From contig CAMDWQ010000008.1 in assembly GCA_945877765.1 (NCBI GenBank), positions 13,774 through 77,773 of the forward strand: a DNA stretch of 64,000 nucleotides. Direction: 5' to 3'. Below, piece by piece: positions 28,920-38,985 of the stretch (position 1 is its first letter; every line of letters begins with the position of its first letter). A program made the position numbers and the translations under genes. The notes beneath the pieces are model-generated. The model worked only from the letters and a program-made list of their open reading frames with translations, did no database searches and was not told the origin of the DNA. The DNA comes from Candidatus Omnitrophota bacterium. GTDB taxonomy: Bacteria > Omnitrophota > Gorgyraeia > 2-02-FULL-51-18.

Positions 28920-30857
28920 ATGGCATTTTTTAAAAAATCTTATTTTTGTTTCCCCGGAGTTCTTGTTTTAGTTTTGTTTTGGACATCGACCGGCTATGCC
29001 GAGCTCACTAGCGGCATGGACGCGGATGTAGTCATTGGAGAGCCGGATTTCGTGACGGACACGACCGGGGTTAGTCAGACGCAGTTCAACCAACCTCGCG
29101 ACGTGTTCAGCGACGGCCAGAGGCTCTTTGTTTCAGATTCGAGAAACGGTAGAGTGCTCATTTACAACTCTATCCCTCGCGACAATTTTGCGGCCGCCGA
29201 CGTCGTACTGGGACAAAATAATTTCAGCACAAGAAATTTTGGCACTTCGCAGACGCTGATGCAGGATAGGGTTTGCGGCGTTTTCAGCGATAGGCAAAGG
29301 CTTTTTGTGGCGGATGCGTTCAACAACCGTGTGTTGATCTGGAATGGTATTCCTAGCGCCAACGGAACGCCCCCCAGCATTGTCTTGGGACAGGCAACAT
29401 TTATTACGAGCGGGGTTGCGGTCACGCAAAGCGACCTATCGGTTCCACGAGCGGTTTATTCGGACGGCAAAAGGTTAATTGTATCCGATTGGGGAAATAA
29501 CCGCGTGCTGATTTGGAATTCGATCCCCACCACCAATAAAGCGCCAGCCGATATCGTTCTCGGTCAGCCGAATTTCACATCGAACAGCGCTCGCACCACC
29601 CGGAATGGGATGAGCACGCCGTGGGGGGTTACTTTTGACGGTCAGAGGCTTTATGTGGCGGATCAGGCGAACAGCCGTGTTTTGATCTGGAATTCCTTGC
29701 CTACGGTGAACAACGCCCTTCCCGACGTGGTTCTTGGACAGCCGAATTTTAACACGGCTGTTCCAGGCGCGGGGCCACAGCGGATGGACAACCCAATTTC
29801 GGTCGCCTCAAACGGCAAGTCCCTTTTTGTGGCGGATATCAACAACTCCCGGATACTCGTTTATAATTCCATTCCGACGTCCAATTTCCAGGCGGCTGAC
29901 GCTGTCATCGGACAGCCTGATTTAGACAATAAGACTACGGGATTGGCAAGAAACCGGATGAACGCGGCATTGGGGATCTCTTTTGACGGCCGGCGCCTGC
30001 TTGTGGCCGATCAGACGAATAGCCGCGTACTTCTTTTTAATATAGGCGAAAACGCTGCCCTTGACCTCGGCCCCCAATTCAACCAAGGCAAAGGGGTCTT
30101 GGGAAAGGTTTTTAATGATGTGAATAGCAATGGGACTCAAGACAATGCCGAGAAGGGAATGGAAGGCATCAAAATCGCCTCTGATACCGGCATCTACGCC
30201 ATCACCGATGAAGACGGCAAATATCATTTTCCTTATATTGAAACTGGCCAGCGGATATTAAAGATAGACGAAGCCACTCTCCCCGAGGGAAGTATTATTA
30301 CCACAGAATCTCCCAGAAAAACAGTTGTTACTGAGGGCATTCTCACTAAGATCTCTTTTGGAGTTAAACTCCCTCCCAACACCACGACGGGTGGCGCCGG
30401 AGGGGAGGCCTCCGCCGCGCGGAGCGAAAATTTACACGAGCACGGCGGAGTCCCGCAGGTGACGACGCAAAGGCCGTCAAGGCCGAAGCGAAGTGCTGAC
30501 CGTACGGACGGTCGGCCCGGACCCGTCGCAGCACCTCTACTTAAAACCACTCTCTCTCAAGACCCCGTCCTCCTAAAACCCACTCTCTCCATCGAAGCAA
30601 AGCTTGAAAACAACAACGTCGTGTTTACCATTCAGACCAACTACCATCTTTTCATCGAATCCTCAGAAATAATTCTCTACACAAAAGATCTAAAACCGTT
30701 TAAAAAGATTCCTCTGCCAAAACCCATCCCTTACCAATACACCCTAAAAAAAGAAGAGCTTCCTCCCAACCAAGAAACTCTCCACTTCCAGCTTTCTGTC
30801 AAGGACAAGCAGGGGAGGGAGGATAGGACGGGAGTCGGGAGTGTGGTTCTCTTTTAA
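28920..30857 (+). CDS. Secreted six-bladed NHL-repeat beta-propeller protein with an SdrD B-like (Cna-B type) domain and a Pro/Thr-rich linker
   Basis: Signal peptide. Six tandem ~58-aa repeats of the form SDGQRLFVSDxxNNRVLIWNSIPxxNxxADxVLGQPNF (NHL-like). Then …VFNDVNSNGTQDNAEKGMEGIKIASDTGIYAITDEDGKYHF, an SdrD-B/Cna-B motif. It starts 1 nt after the previous stop. Confidence 0.65.
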   Translation: MAFFKKSYFCFPGVLVLVLFWTSTGYAELTSGMDADVVIGEPDFVTDTTGVSQTQFNQPRDVFSDGQRLFVSDSRNGRVLIYNSIPRDNFAAADVVLGQNNFSTRNFGTSQTLMQDRVCGVFSDRQRLFVADAFNNRVLIWNGIPSANGTPPSIVLGQATFITSGVAVTQSDLSVPRAVYSDGKRLIVSDWGNNRVLIWNSIPTTNKAPADIVLGQPNFTSNSARTTRNGMSTPWGVTFDGQRLYVADQANSRVLIWNSLPTVNNALPDVVLGQPNFNTAVPGAGPQRMDNPISVASNGKSLFVADINNSRILVYNSIPTSNFQAADAVIGQPDLDNKTTGLARNRMNAALGISFDGRRLLVADQTNSRVLLFNIGENAALDLGPQFNQGKGVLGKVFNDVNSNGTQDNAEKGMEGIKIASDTGIYAITDEDGKYHFPYIETGQRILKIDEATLPEGSIITTESPRKTVVTEGILTKISFGVKLPPNTTTGGAGGEASAARSENLHEHGGVPQVTTQRPSRPKRSADRTDGRPGPVAAPLLKTTLSQDPVLLKPTLSIEAKLENNNVVFTIQTNYHLFIESSEIILYTKDLKPFKKIPLPKPIPYQYTLKKEELPPNQETLHFQLSVKDKQGREDRTGVGSVVLF

Positions 30858-30922
30858 AGCAGTCAACTGCATTCTAATATCATGCTTGACAAACATCATG
30901 TTTGAAGAGCATCATTATAGCT

Positions 30923-32236
30923 ATGAAACATACTTCATTGTTTTGGAACCGCCAAGCTGAGATTCAGTTTATTCAAAGCCGCCTGCGGCGCGGAGGCCTT
31001 GGTTACCTGACGGGTCGTCGTCGTATCGGTAAGACGGCGCTTCTGAAGAGGATCTGCAGTCAATGGAATGGGCTATACCATCAAGCCGTAGAGGGGACTC
31101 CGGATCAGCAGCTCTTGCATCTGTGTGAGGAGTGGTCTGCAAGGATCCCTATTTTGGGCGAGATTCGCCCGCGGTCTTGGGGTGAATTTTTTAAACTGAT
31201 TTCAACGCAAAAGCTTCCAAAGTTGATCGTGCTTGATGAGTTTCCGTATTGGACCGCCGCTGACCCTGGATTTGCCAGCCATTTTCAAAAATGGGTGGAT
31301 CATCATCTGCCGTCCTTGAAGTGTTTGGTTCTGGTCTCGGGCTCATCGCAATCGATGCTGGATTCTCATTTCTTGGGCCGTCAGGCTGCGCTCTTCGGAA
31401 GAAGCATCTTTCATTTAAGAATCAAGCCGATGAGTTACCGATGGTTTTGCAAGGCTTTAGGTTTCTCGGCTCAAGATCCTCAATCATTCACGCGCTTTAC
31501 GATGGTTGGCGGAGTGCCGCATTATTGGAAGCTGATTCATTCTGCGTCGGTGCTCGAACAAGCCGATGAGCTTTATTTTAATTCTTCCGCTATGTTGACC
31601 GATGAGCCTTCTTCCTGGCTTCGCGATGAGGGGATTTCCGGCCATCTTTCTAAGGCGGCGCTGGACTTGGTTGGGCGAGGTGTGCGCAAGCCTAGTGAAT
31701 TGGCATCGCGCTTAGCCGTGCCGCAGGGAAATCTATCAAGACCGCTTTCTGTGCTTCTGGAGCTTGGGTTTATGCGCCGCGAATTGCCGTTCGGAGAGTC
31801 CTCGAGATCGACCAAAAAGGTACTGTATAACATCGAAGATCCAGCATTATCTTTTTATTATGGGACTTACTTGCCTCACAGAGCACTATGGGCGACGTAT
31901 CCAGCGGCGAAGAAAATGCAGATTTTAGAGCTTCATGCGTCCGGGCACTGGGAAAATTTATGCCGGCGATCCTTTGCAGGTTCCAATCGGTATTGGAGCG
32001 GTAAATCTGAGATTGACCTAGTCGCGCCCTTGCCTGACCCTAAAGAGGGCTATCTCGTGGGAGAATGCAAATGGGCCTGGGTGGATAAGAAAGTAGAATC
32101 AAGGCTTTTGGAGGACTTAAAAACTCGATTTGAGCCCACTGAGCTTGGACAAACGCTCAAGAAAAAATACCCCATTACCTATCGGATTTTTTCAAAAAAA
32201 GATCTTTCGACCACCGCTAACCTGGAGAAGTCGTGA
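30923..32236 (+). CDS. AAA+ ATPase (COG1672, ATPase_2 + DUF234) with a C-terminal PD-(D/E)xK nuclease-like motif
   Basis: Walker A GRRRIGKTA and Walker B LIVLDEFPY. A wHTH-like segment is followed by …SEIDLVAPLPDPKEGYLVGECKWAW (D…E.K). The start is uncertain: TTG at 30902 or ATG at 30923. Confidence 0.75.
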   Translation: MKHTSLFWNRQAEIQFIQSRLRRGGLGYLTGRRRIGKTALLKRICSQWNGLYHQAVEGTPDQQLLHLCEEWSARIPILGEIRPRSWGEFFKLISTQKLPKLIVLDEFPYWTAADPGFASHFQKWVDHHLPSLKCLVLVSGSSQSMLDSHFLGRQAALFGRSIFHLRIKPMSYRWFCKALGFSAQDPQSFTRFTMVGGVPHYWKLIHSASVLEQADELYFNSSAMLTDEPSSWLRDEGISGHLSKAALDLVGRGVRKPSELASRLAVPQGNLSRPLSVLLELGFMRRELPFGESSRSTKKVLYNIEDPALSFYYGTYLPHRALWATYPAAKKMQILELHASGHWENLCRRSFAGSNRYWSGKSEIDLVAPLPDPKEGYLVGECKWAWVDKKVESRLLEDLKTRFEPTELGQTLKKKYPITYRIFSKKDLSTTANLEKS

Positions 32237-32264
32237 CGGCTGGTGGATAGAATAAAATAAGCCT

Positions 32265-34169
32265 ATGTCGAAATCCGCTTCTTCCAACGAAAACCCTGTC
32301 CATTCCAACCGTCTGGCGCGCGAGAAAAGCCCTTATCTACTACAGCACGCCCACAATCCTGTGGATTGGTATCCCTGGTCGGCGGAGGCTTTTGAGAAGG
32401 CGACGCGGGAAAATAAGCCGGTTTTTCTTTCAATTGGGTATTCGACTTGCCACTGGTGCCATGTCATGGAGAGAGAATCGTTTGAAGACGCCCAGAGCGC
32501 TCAAATTTTGAATGAAAATTTTATCGCGATCAAGGTGGACCGCGAAGAGCGGCCGGATATTGACAGTGTTTACATGAGTTATGTGACCACAACGACTGGA
32601 AGCGGGGGCTGGCCGATGTCGGTGTTTTTGACACCAGACAAAAAACCCTTTTACGGGGGCACTTATTTTCCGCCCCAGGACCGCTACGGGATGCCGGGGT
32701 TTAAGACTTTGCTTTTATCGATCGCCGATGCGTGGAAGAATAGAAAAGACGAAATTATCCATTCGGCGGACTCGGCAACAACTTTTTTAAATAAACCGAC
32801 AGAGACCAAAGAGAAACCCTTGCTGGATGCGGCGGTATTAGACAAGGCTTTCGCGTACTATGAGTCCTCTTTTGACTCTGAGCGAGGCGGTTTTGGCGGG
32901 GCACCGAAGTTTCCACGCAGCCACGCGCTTTCTTTTCTTTTGCGCTACTGGAAAAGGACAGGATCTGAGAAGTCGCTTGAGATGGTCAAAGCTACGCTGG
33001 ATGCCATGAAAGACGGCGGAATCTACGATCAGTTGGGCGGCGGGTTTCATCGTTATTCGACGGATAATGCGTGGCGTATCCCTCATTTTGAAAAAATGCT
33101 TTACGATCAAGCGCTTTTGGCTAAAACGTACGCCGAAGCTTATCAAGCCACTCAAAATCCGGAGTATGCAAGCACTACCCGTGAAACCCTCGATTATGTT
33201 TTAGAGGGCATGACGTCGCCGGAAGGGGGTTTTTATTCGGCCGAAGACGCCGATAGCCAGGATTTAGAAAATCCGAAAGAAAAAAAAGAAGGCGCATTTT
33301 TTCTATGGAAAAAAGACGAGATTGAAAAACTTCTGGAACCCAAAGCCGCTGAGATTTTCATTTCTTTTTATGGCGTGACCGCGTCTGGCAACGCGCTTTC
33401 GGACCCGCACCACGAATTTGTCGATAAAAACGTGTTGTATCGCGCCGGAAATATAGTAGCGGCGCCGTCTTTTAAAATGAGCCCGGCTGAAGTGACGAAA
33501 TCTTTGGAAGCGTCGCGCAAAATTCTTTTAAATACGCGGGGCGCCCGCCCACATCCTTATAAGGACGACAAAATTCTCGCCGATTGGAATGGGCTCATGA
33601 TTGAGAGCTTCGCGAAGGCTTCTGTTGTCTTGAGTGAACCACGTTACGCCCAGGCCGCAATCCGAGCCGCTGAATTTATTTCGGGGACCCTAAAAGACAC
33701 TCAAGGGCGTCTTTTGCACCGTTTTCGCGATGGCGAAGCCAATATCAGAGCCTCTTTAAACGACTACGCTTTTATGACCGCGGCTTACGTGGTGCTGTAT
33801 GAAGCCGTGGGTGATAAAAAGTGGCTGGAAAGTGCCCGTCAAACAGCTTCTGAAATGATCAAGCTTTTTCAAGATGAAGAGCGCGGCGGTTTTTATTTGA
33901 CGGCGCATGATGCAGAAGCATTGATTACCAGGCCCAAAGAAGTGTATGATGGAGCCGTTCCTTCCGGAAATTCGGTTGCCGCCTGTGCTCTCTTGGCTTT
34001 GGAGCGAGCAACAGGGGAAACTTCGTGGCGGAAGGTTGCGGAGAAAATTTTAGATACTTTTAGTACCGAGATTTCCCAAACGCCTGCAAATTTTACGCAG
34101 ATGCTCGCGGCGCTGGACGAGGCGATGGGTCCGCCTTCTATTTGCCGCGATGAAACGTGCTCAATTTAA
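32265..34169 (+). CDS. Thioredoxin-domain protein (DUF255 / YyaL-like, N-acylglucosamine 2-epimerase-like C-terminal domain)
   Basis: [25 protein letters not shown]…[19 protein letters not shown] is the DUF255 thioredoxin-fold N-terminus. A long alpha/alpha-toroid-like C-terminal half follows. Confidence 0.85.
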   Translation: MSKSASSNENPVHSNRLAREKSPYLLQHAHNPVDWYPWSAEAFEKATRENKPVFLSIGYSTCHWCHVMERESFEDAQSAQILNENFIAIKVDREERPDIDSVYMSYVTTTTGSGGWPMSVFLTPDKKPFYGGTYFPPQDRYGMPGFKTLLLSIADAWKNRKDEIIHSADSATTFLNKPTETKEKPLLDAAVLDKAFAYYESSFDSERGGFGGAPKFPRSHALSFLLRYWKRTGSEKSLEMVKATLDAMKDGGIYDQLGGGFHRYSTDNAWRIPHFEKMLYDQALLAKTYAEAYQATQNPEYASTTRETLDYVLEGMTSPEGGFYSAEDADSQDLENPKEKKEGAFFLWKKDEIEKLLEPKAAEIFISFYGVTASGNALSDPHHEFVDKNVLYRAGNIVAAPSFKMSPAEVTKSLEASRKILLNTRGARPHPYKDDKILADWNGLMIESFAKASVVLSEPRYAQAAIRAAEFISGTLKDTQGRLLHRFRDGEANIRASLNDYAFMTAAYVVLYEAVGDKKWLESARQTASEMIKLFQDEERGGFYLTAHDAEALITRPKEVYDGAVPSGNSVAACALLALERATGETSWRKVAEKILDTFSTEISQTPANFTQMLAALDEAMGPPSICRDETCSI

Positions 34170-34185
34170 TCCAATAGGAGAAAGA

Positions 34186-35301
34186 ATGACACTCGCAATG
34201 AAAACAGAAAACTCGATGCGGCAGGCGCTTAAAATTGGACAAAGTTTTTGGTATGACGGGCTTATTTCGACGGCGGAATTTCGTCGGATGATCGAAGAAG
34301 ATGGTTTGCGTGGAGCCACGACCAATCCGGCTATTTTTGAGAAAGCGCTGGCCGGTCAAGAATACGACAGCCACATTCAGGAGCTAGCCAAAACGCAGAA
34401 CGACGAGGAAATTTTTAAAACATTGGCCATTCGTGCGGTGCAGGAGGTGGCTACTGTTTTTTTGCCGGTTTATCAGGAGACGCGGGGACTGGATGGGTAC
34501 GTCTCCTTAGAAGTCAGTCCGCTATTAGCTTATGACACGGCGGCTACCCTTCGCGAGGCGCGCGAATTATGGCGTTTGGTAAACCGCTCGAATGTCATGA
34601 TTAAAATACCCGCGACCCGTGAGGGTTTGCCCGCGATTGAAGCGGCGCTAGCGGATGGAATCAATGTCAATGTGACTCTTATTTTTTCCGTGGAGCGTTA
34701 CCGCGAGGTCATGGATGCTTATATTCAGGGCCTGCAGAAGCGCGCGGGGTTTGACTGGCAGGTTTCTGAGATTGCATCGGTGGCTAGTTTTTTTGTCAGC
34801 CGCGTCGACTCAGCGGTCGATAAAATTTTGGAAAATAAGATTGCGGCCAGCCAAAATACCGCCGAAAAAGAAACATTGAAAGCGCTTTTGGGCAAGGCAG
34901 CGATCGCTAATTCCAAGGTGGCTTATGAAGAATTTAAAAGAGTGTTTAGCGGAGCGCGTTTTCAGAAGCTTCAGTCCAAGGGAGCTATTCTCCAGCGCCC
35001 GCTGTGGGCCAGCACCGGAACCAAAAATGCCAATTACAGCGATGTGTTGTATGTCGAAAGCTTGATTGGCCCAGACACGGTGAACACGATGCCGCCAGCA
35101 ACTCTGGAGGCCTTTTTGGACCACGGTATTTCTGCATCGACGATCGAGTCCGAAATGGCGGATGCCCATGCGGCTTTGAAAAATTTAGCCGCTGTTGGAA
35201 TTGATCTTTCCAGTGTCACCCAAGACCTTGAAAAAGCCGGGGTCGAGATTTTTTGTGAGGCTTATCGTAAAATCATTCAAAGAATCGGAGCAAAGAAATA
35301 A
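34186..35301 (+). CDS. tal: Transaldolase
   Basis: …GATTNPAIFEKAL…MIKIPATREGL…INVNVTLIFS shows the transaldolase Lys-containing active-site region. ATG 34186 with a GGAG Shine-Dalgarno was chosen over the track's 34150 start, which overlaps the previous gene. Confidence 0.85.
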   Translation: MTLAMKTENSMRQALKIGQSFWYDGLISTAEFRRMIEEDGLRGATTNPAIFEKALAGQEYDSHIQELAKTQNDEEIFKTLAIRAVQEVATVFLPVYQETRGLDGYVSLEVSPLLAYDTAATLREARELWRLVNRSNVMIKIPATREGLPAIEAALADGINVNVTLIFSVERYREVMDAYIQGLQKRAGFDWQVSEIASVASFFVSRVDSAVDKILENKIAASQNTAEKETLKALLGKAAIANSKVAYEEFKRVFSGARFQKLQSKGAILQRPLWASTGTKNANYSDVLYVESLIGPDTVNTMPPATLEAFLDHGISASTIESEMADAHAALKNLAAVGIDLSSVTQDLEKAGVEIFCEAYRKIIQRIGAKK

Positions 35302-35302
35302 A

Positions 35303-36973
35303 ATGATTACTACCACTTCTTATCGTTTTTTGTCAGGCTCCTTCGAGGCATCTATTACTGAGTGGATTCAAAAAGCGGAAAAGCAGTCAATGGTCAAGCG
35401 TTTGTGGGGTAAGGACGCGTCTCTTTGGAAAAAAACTCCTAAAGAGCAAGCCGAAATCGTCGCTCGTCTGGGATGGCTGACTGCGGCGCATCTGATGAAA
35501 GACCGCGCGGTGAGTCTAAAAGCCTTTGCGGATGAAATCAGAGCGGAGGGTGTGACGCATGTGGTGCTTTTGGGGATGGGCGGTTCTAGTCTTGCGCCCG
35601 AAGTATTTCAGTCTGTTTGCGGCAACAAGACAGGTTATCCTGAGCTTTTGGTGCTGGATAGCACGGATCCTCTTAAAGTGCGCGCTATTCAAGAAAAGAT
35701 TGATTTACAAAAAAGCATTTTTATTGTCTCAAGCAAATCCGGCGGCACGATCGAGCTGCTTTCGTTTTCTAAATTTTTCTTTGAACAAGTGAAAGCATTA
35801 GAAGGTGACAAGGCAGGGCAGCGATTTATTGCCATCACGGATCCTGGGACGCCGCTTGAAAAAATGGCCAAAGAAAATCATTTTCGGCGGGTATTTTTGG
35901 CGCCAGAGGATGTGGGCGGCCGTTTTTCAGCGCTGACTTATTTTGGCTTGGTCCCTGCGGCGTTGATTGGGACGGACATTGATAAAATGTTGCGCGGTGC
36001 CGAAAAAATGATGGACGATTCGTCGCTGGCTGTTTCCTACCAGGACAATTCTTCTCTGGCGCTGGGCATTGCGATGGCCGTGCTAGCCGAAGAGGGTCGC
36101 GACAAACTAACCTTGGTAACACCGGAAAATCTAGAATCTTTCGGGGATTGGGCGGAGCAATTGGTAGCGGAGAGCACCGGCAAAGAGGACTCGGGTATCA
36201 TTCCTATCGTTGGTGAGAAGCTCCAAGCACCCGAAGCTTATGGACAGGATCGCTTCTTTGTGGCGCTTGCTCCACGAAATATGAAAAATAGTGAGGAGTT
36301 TGAGGCAAAGCTTGAGGCTCTTGCGCAGGCTGGGCACCCCGTGATGATTCTTACCATGAGGGATGCTTATGATTTGGGCGCAGAATTTTTCCGCTGGGAA
36401 TACGCAACCGCCGTGGCGTGCAGTCTTTTAAAAATTAATGCGTTTGACCAACCGGATGTGCAGGCGGCCAATGACAGCGCAAAATCGATTTTAAAAAGCT
36501 TTGAGCAGACGGGGACTATTCCAGTCCAACAAACGGAAAGGACGCTTGAAAATTTTTGGGAGAATGCGGAATCGGGCAACTATGTAGCGATCTTAGCTTT
36601 TTTACCCGACAGCGCGACGATTAAAGAGCGTCTTACGGAATTGGCGGATAAAATTCGCAAACAGACCAAATTGGCGGTCACGCTCGGTTTTGGCCCCCGC
36701 TATCTTCACTCAACCGGTCAGCTTCACAAGGGCGGCGCCAATAAGGGTATTTTTATCCTGATCACCGCGGATCATAGCGAGGACCTTGCGGTGCCCGGGG
36801 AGAAGTATAGCTTTGGGCAGCTTGAGCTTGCTCAGGCGATGGGCGAATTTACAGCGCTAGAAACAAAAGGCCGGTGGTTGGTTCATTTAAGAGCTCAAAG
36901 CGCTGATGAAAAGGCCCTGAATGAAGTATGCGAAAAAATTGAAGCGGCGATAGGCACGCCTCAGCTATCCTAA
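35303..36973 (+). CDS. pgi: Glucose-6-phosphate isomerase
   Basis: GMGGSSLAPEVF and the SKSGGTIE motif of phosphoglucose isomerase. ATG 35303 sits 2 nt after the tal stop; the track start 35195 is an overlapping extension. Confidence 0.85.
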   Translation: MITTTSYRFLSGSFEASITEWIQKAEKQSMVKRLWGKDASLWKKTPKEQAEIVARLGWLTAAHLMKDRAVSLKAFADEIRAEGVTHVVLLGMGGSSLAPEVFQSVCGNKTGYPELLVLDSTDPLKVRAIQEKIDLQKSIFIVSSKSGGTIELLSFSKFFFEQVKALEGDKAGQRFIAITDPGTPLEKMAKENHFRRVFLAPEDVGGRFSALTYFGLVPAALIGTDIDKMLRGAEKMMDDSSLAVSYQDNSSLALGIAMAVLAEEGRDKLTLVTPENLESFGDWAEQLVAESTGKEDSGIIPIVGEKLQAPEAYGQDRFFVALAPRNMKNSEEFEAKLEALAQAGHPVMILTMRDAYDLGAEFFRWEYATAVACSLLKINAFDQPDVQAANDSAKSILKSFEQTGTIPVQQTERTLENFWENAESGNYVAILAFLPDSATIKERLTELADKIRKQTKLAVTLGFGPRYLHSTGQLHKGGANKGIFILITADHSEDLAVPGEKYSFGQLELAQAMGEFTALETKGRWLVHLRAQSADEKALNEVCEKIEAAIGTPQLS

Positions 36974-36977
36974 ATCA

Positions 36978-37523
36978 ATGAAATTTATACCGACCGGGAT
37001 CGACGGGGTTTTCCTCATCGAGCTTGCGTCTTTTCAAGATAAGCGCGGATTTTTTTTGGAAAGCTACAAGAAGGACGAGTTTTCTAAAAATGGAATCCGC
37101 GACGAATTTGTGCAGGACAACCATAGCCGCTCCAATCGTGGCGTTTTGCGGGGTCTTCATTACCAGACCGCGCCGTACAGCCAGGCAAAATTGGTGCGTG
37201 TCATCCGCGGAAGTGCGTTTGACGTGGTTGTGGATATTCGCAAGGGTTCCAAAACATTCGGCCGCTATTTTAGTGAGACTTTAACGGCTGAAAATAAAAA
37301 AATGATTTATGTTCCGTCAGGACTGGCGCATGGTTTTTTGTCGCTGGAAGACGGCACTGAGTTTTTGTATAAAGTTTCTCAACCTTATTCACCGGCCCAC
37401 GAACGCGGCATTCTCTGGAGCGACCCCGAGATTTGCGTTCCGTGGCCCAGACTGGACACCGACTATGCATTTTCTGAAAAAGATAAAAAATTTCCTCTCC
37501 TCAAAGACATCACCGAAAGCTAA
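36978..37523 (+). CDS. rfbC: dTDP-4-dehydrorhamnose 3,5-epimerase
   Basis: MKFIPTGIDGVFLIE…DKRGFF…RGLHYQ…QAKLVRVIRGSAFDVVVDIR is the RmlC cupin signature. Confidence 0.9.
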   Translation: MKFIPTGIDGVFLIELASFQDKRGFFLESYKKDEFSKNGIRDEFVQDNHSRSNRGVLRGLHYQTAPYSQAKLVRVIRGSAFDVVVDIRKGSKTFGRYFSETLTAENKKMIYVPSGLAHGFLSLEDGTEFLYKVSQPYSPAHERGILWSDPEICVPWPRLDTDYAFSEKDKKFPLLKDITES

Positions 37524-38682
37524 TTCTAAATCATCACTACAATATATTAATACGCCTGAGCTTTTGGCCCAGGCGTGTCGCGTGATTTCGGCTTGCCCAT
37601 GGGCGGCGGTAGATACCGAAGGCGATAGCCTCCATCACTACAACGAGAAAATGTGTCTTTTGCAGGTGAGTGTCAAAGGCGGCGATTTTGTGATTGACCC
37701 GCTGGTGCCTCTAGATTTAAAAGAAATGGCAAGAATCATTAGCACTAAATTTGTCCTATTTCACGGCGCTGATTTTGACGTGCGTATTTTCAAAAAAGCA
37801 ACGGGAGTGTTTGAGCCGCAGAGGATGTTTGATACGATGTTGGCGGCCCAAATCTTGGGTTATGAGCGTTTTGGGTTGGCTGATTTGACAGAAAAAATTT
37901 GCGGTATTCGCCTCTCAAAGACGGCTCAAAAAGCGGACTGGTCCCGTCGCCCGTTGACGCCAGAGCTTTTGGAATATGCCTCCGGGGATACCCGTTATTT
38001 GGAGCGGATTTATCTGCAGATGAAAAAAGAGCTTCAAAAACTCGGCCGTCTGGCGTGGCACGAACAAACCTGCGCACGGCTCCTTAAAAATCTAAATGAG
38101 GCCTCCAGTGAACCCAAAGAGGACCCGCTTCGTTGGCAGCTTCGCGGTTCTAAGGACCTTTCACCACGCGCGCTGACCTATTTGCAGGGATTGTGGCAGT
38201 GGCGCGAGTCCGAAGCCAAGCGCTTGGACCGCCCTAGTTTTAAGGTGCTTAACACCGATTATCTTTTGGCGATGGCCCGCTGGGCGGATGAGTTTCGCGG
38301 GCAGGATATTACCGAATGGAAAGAAGCTCCGCGCCATTTGCACCGGCAATACCGGGAGCAAATCAATTTGATTTTAAAAAATGCCGACTTGTTGCCGGAA
38401 GCTATTTTTACAGCGCCCGACAAGGCGGGGAAGGCACGCCGTTTACGCAGCTCCGAAGAGGACCGTTTTGGCCGGCTTAAAGAGCAAAGGCTTGAACTTT
38501 CTAAGGAGCTTCGCATCCAACCCAGCGTCATCTTAACGAACGCGCTATTAGAAGCCGTTGTCCGCGAGTCTCCGCGCGATCTCGAGGGGTTGAAAGCGAT
38601 TGACGGGATCATGCCCTGGCAGGCGGAGGTGATAGCCCCGCGTTTTTTAAAAATTATTCAACCCAAGACTGCTAAGGTATAA
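37465..38682 (+). CDS. rnd: Ribonuclease D (DEDD 3'-5' exonuclease + HRDC domain)
   Basis: …WAAVDTEGDSLHHYNEKMCLLQVS… is the DEDDy exonuclease domain. A C-terminal HRDC-like region (…LTNALLEAVVRESPRDLEGLKAI) follows. The start is uncertain: ATG 37465 overlaps rfbC by 59 nt, and the track's 37309 start is not supported by homology. Confidence 0.7.
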   Translation: MHFLKKIKNFLSSKTSPKANSKSSLQYINTPELLAQACRVISACPWAAVDTEGDSLHHYNEKMCLLQVSVKGGDFVIDPLVPLDLKEMARIISTKFVLFHGADFDVRIFKKATGVFEPQRMFDTMLAAQILGYERFGLADLTEKICGIRLSKTAQKADWSRRPLTPELLEYASGDTRYLERIYLQMKKELQKLGRLAWHEQTCARLLKNLNEASSEPKEDPLRWQLRGSKDLSPRALTYLQGLWQWRESEAKRLDRPSFKVLNTDYLLAMARWADEFRGQDITEWKEAPRHLHRQYREQINLILKNADLLPEAIFTAPDKAGKARRLRSSEEDRFGRLKEQRLELSKELRIQPSVILTNALLEAVVRESPRDLEGLKAIDGIMPWQAEVIAPRFLKIIQPKTAKV

Positions 38683-38691
38683 TACCAATCC

Positions 38692-38979
38692 ATGTCCGAT
38701 TTAAATCTAAAACACATCGCCCGCCTGGCACGCCTTCATTTCAAAGAAGATGAGCTTAAAGTATTTGAAGCTCAAGTGGCCGGTATTTTGAAGTTGGTGG
38801 ATGAGCTAAAAGAAGTCAATGTCGATGGCGTTGAGCCGACGAGTCATCCTTTGGACATCAAGAATGTTTTCCGCGAAGATGAAGTCAAGCCGTCACTGCC
38901 CATTGAGGAATTTTTAAAACAATCTCCGCGTTCTCGCGGACGTTTTTTTGAAGTCCCTAAGGTTATCGAGGATAAATAG
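38692..38979 (+). CDS. gatC: Asp/Glu-tRNA(Asn/Gln) amidotransferase subunit C
   Basis: 95 aa, MSDLNLKHIARLARL…EVNVDGVEPTSHPL, typical GatC. It is followed by gatA and gatB. Confidence 0.9.
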   Translation: MSDLNLKHIARLARLHFKEDELKVFEAQVAGILKLVDELKEVNVDGVEPTSHPLDIKNVFREDEVKPSLPIEEFLKQSPRSRGRFFEVPKVIEDK

Positions 38980-38985
38980 AGGCTT

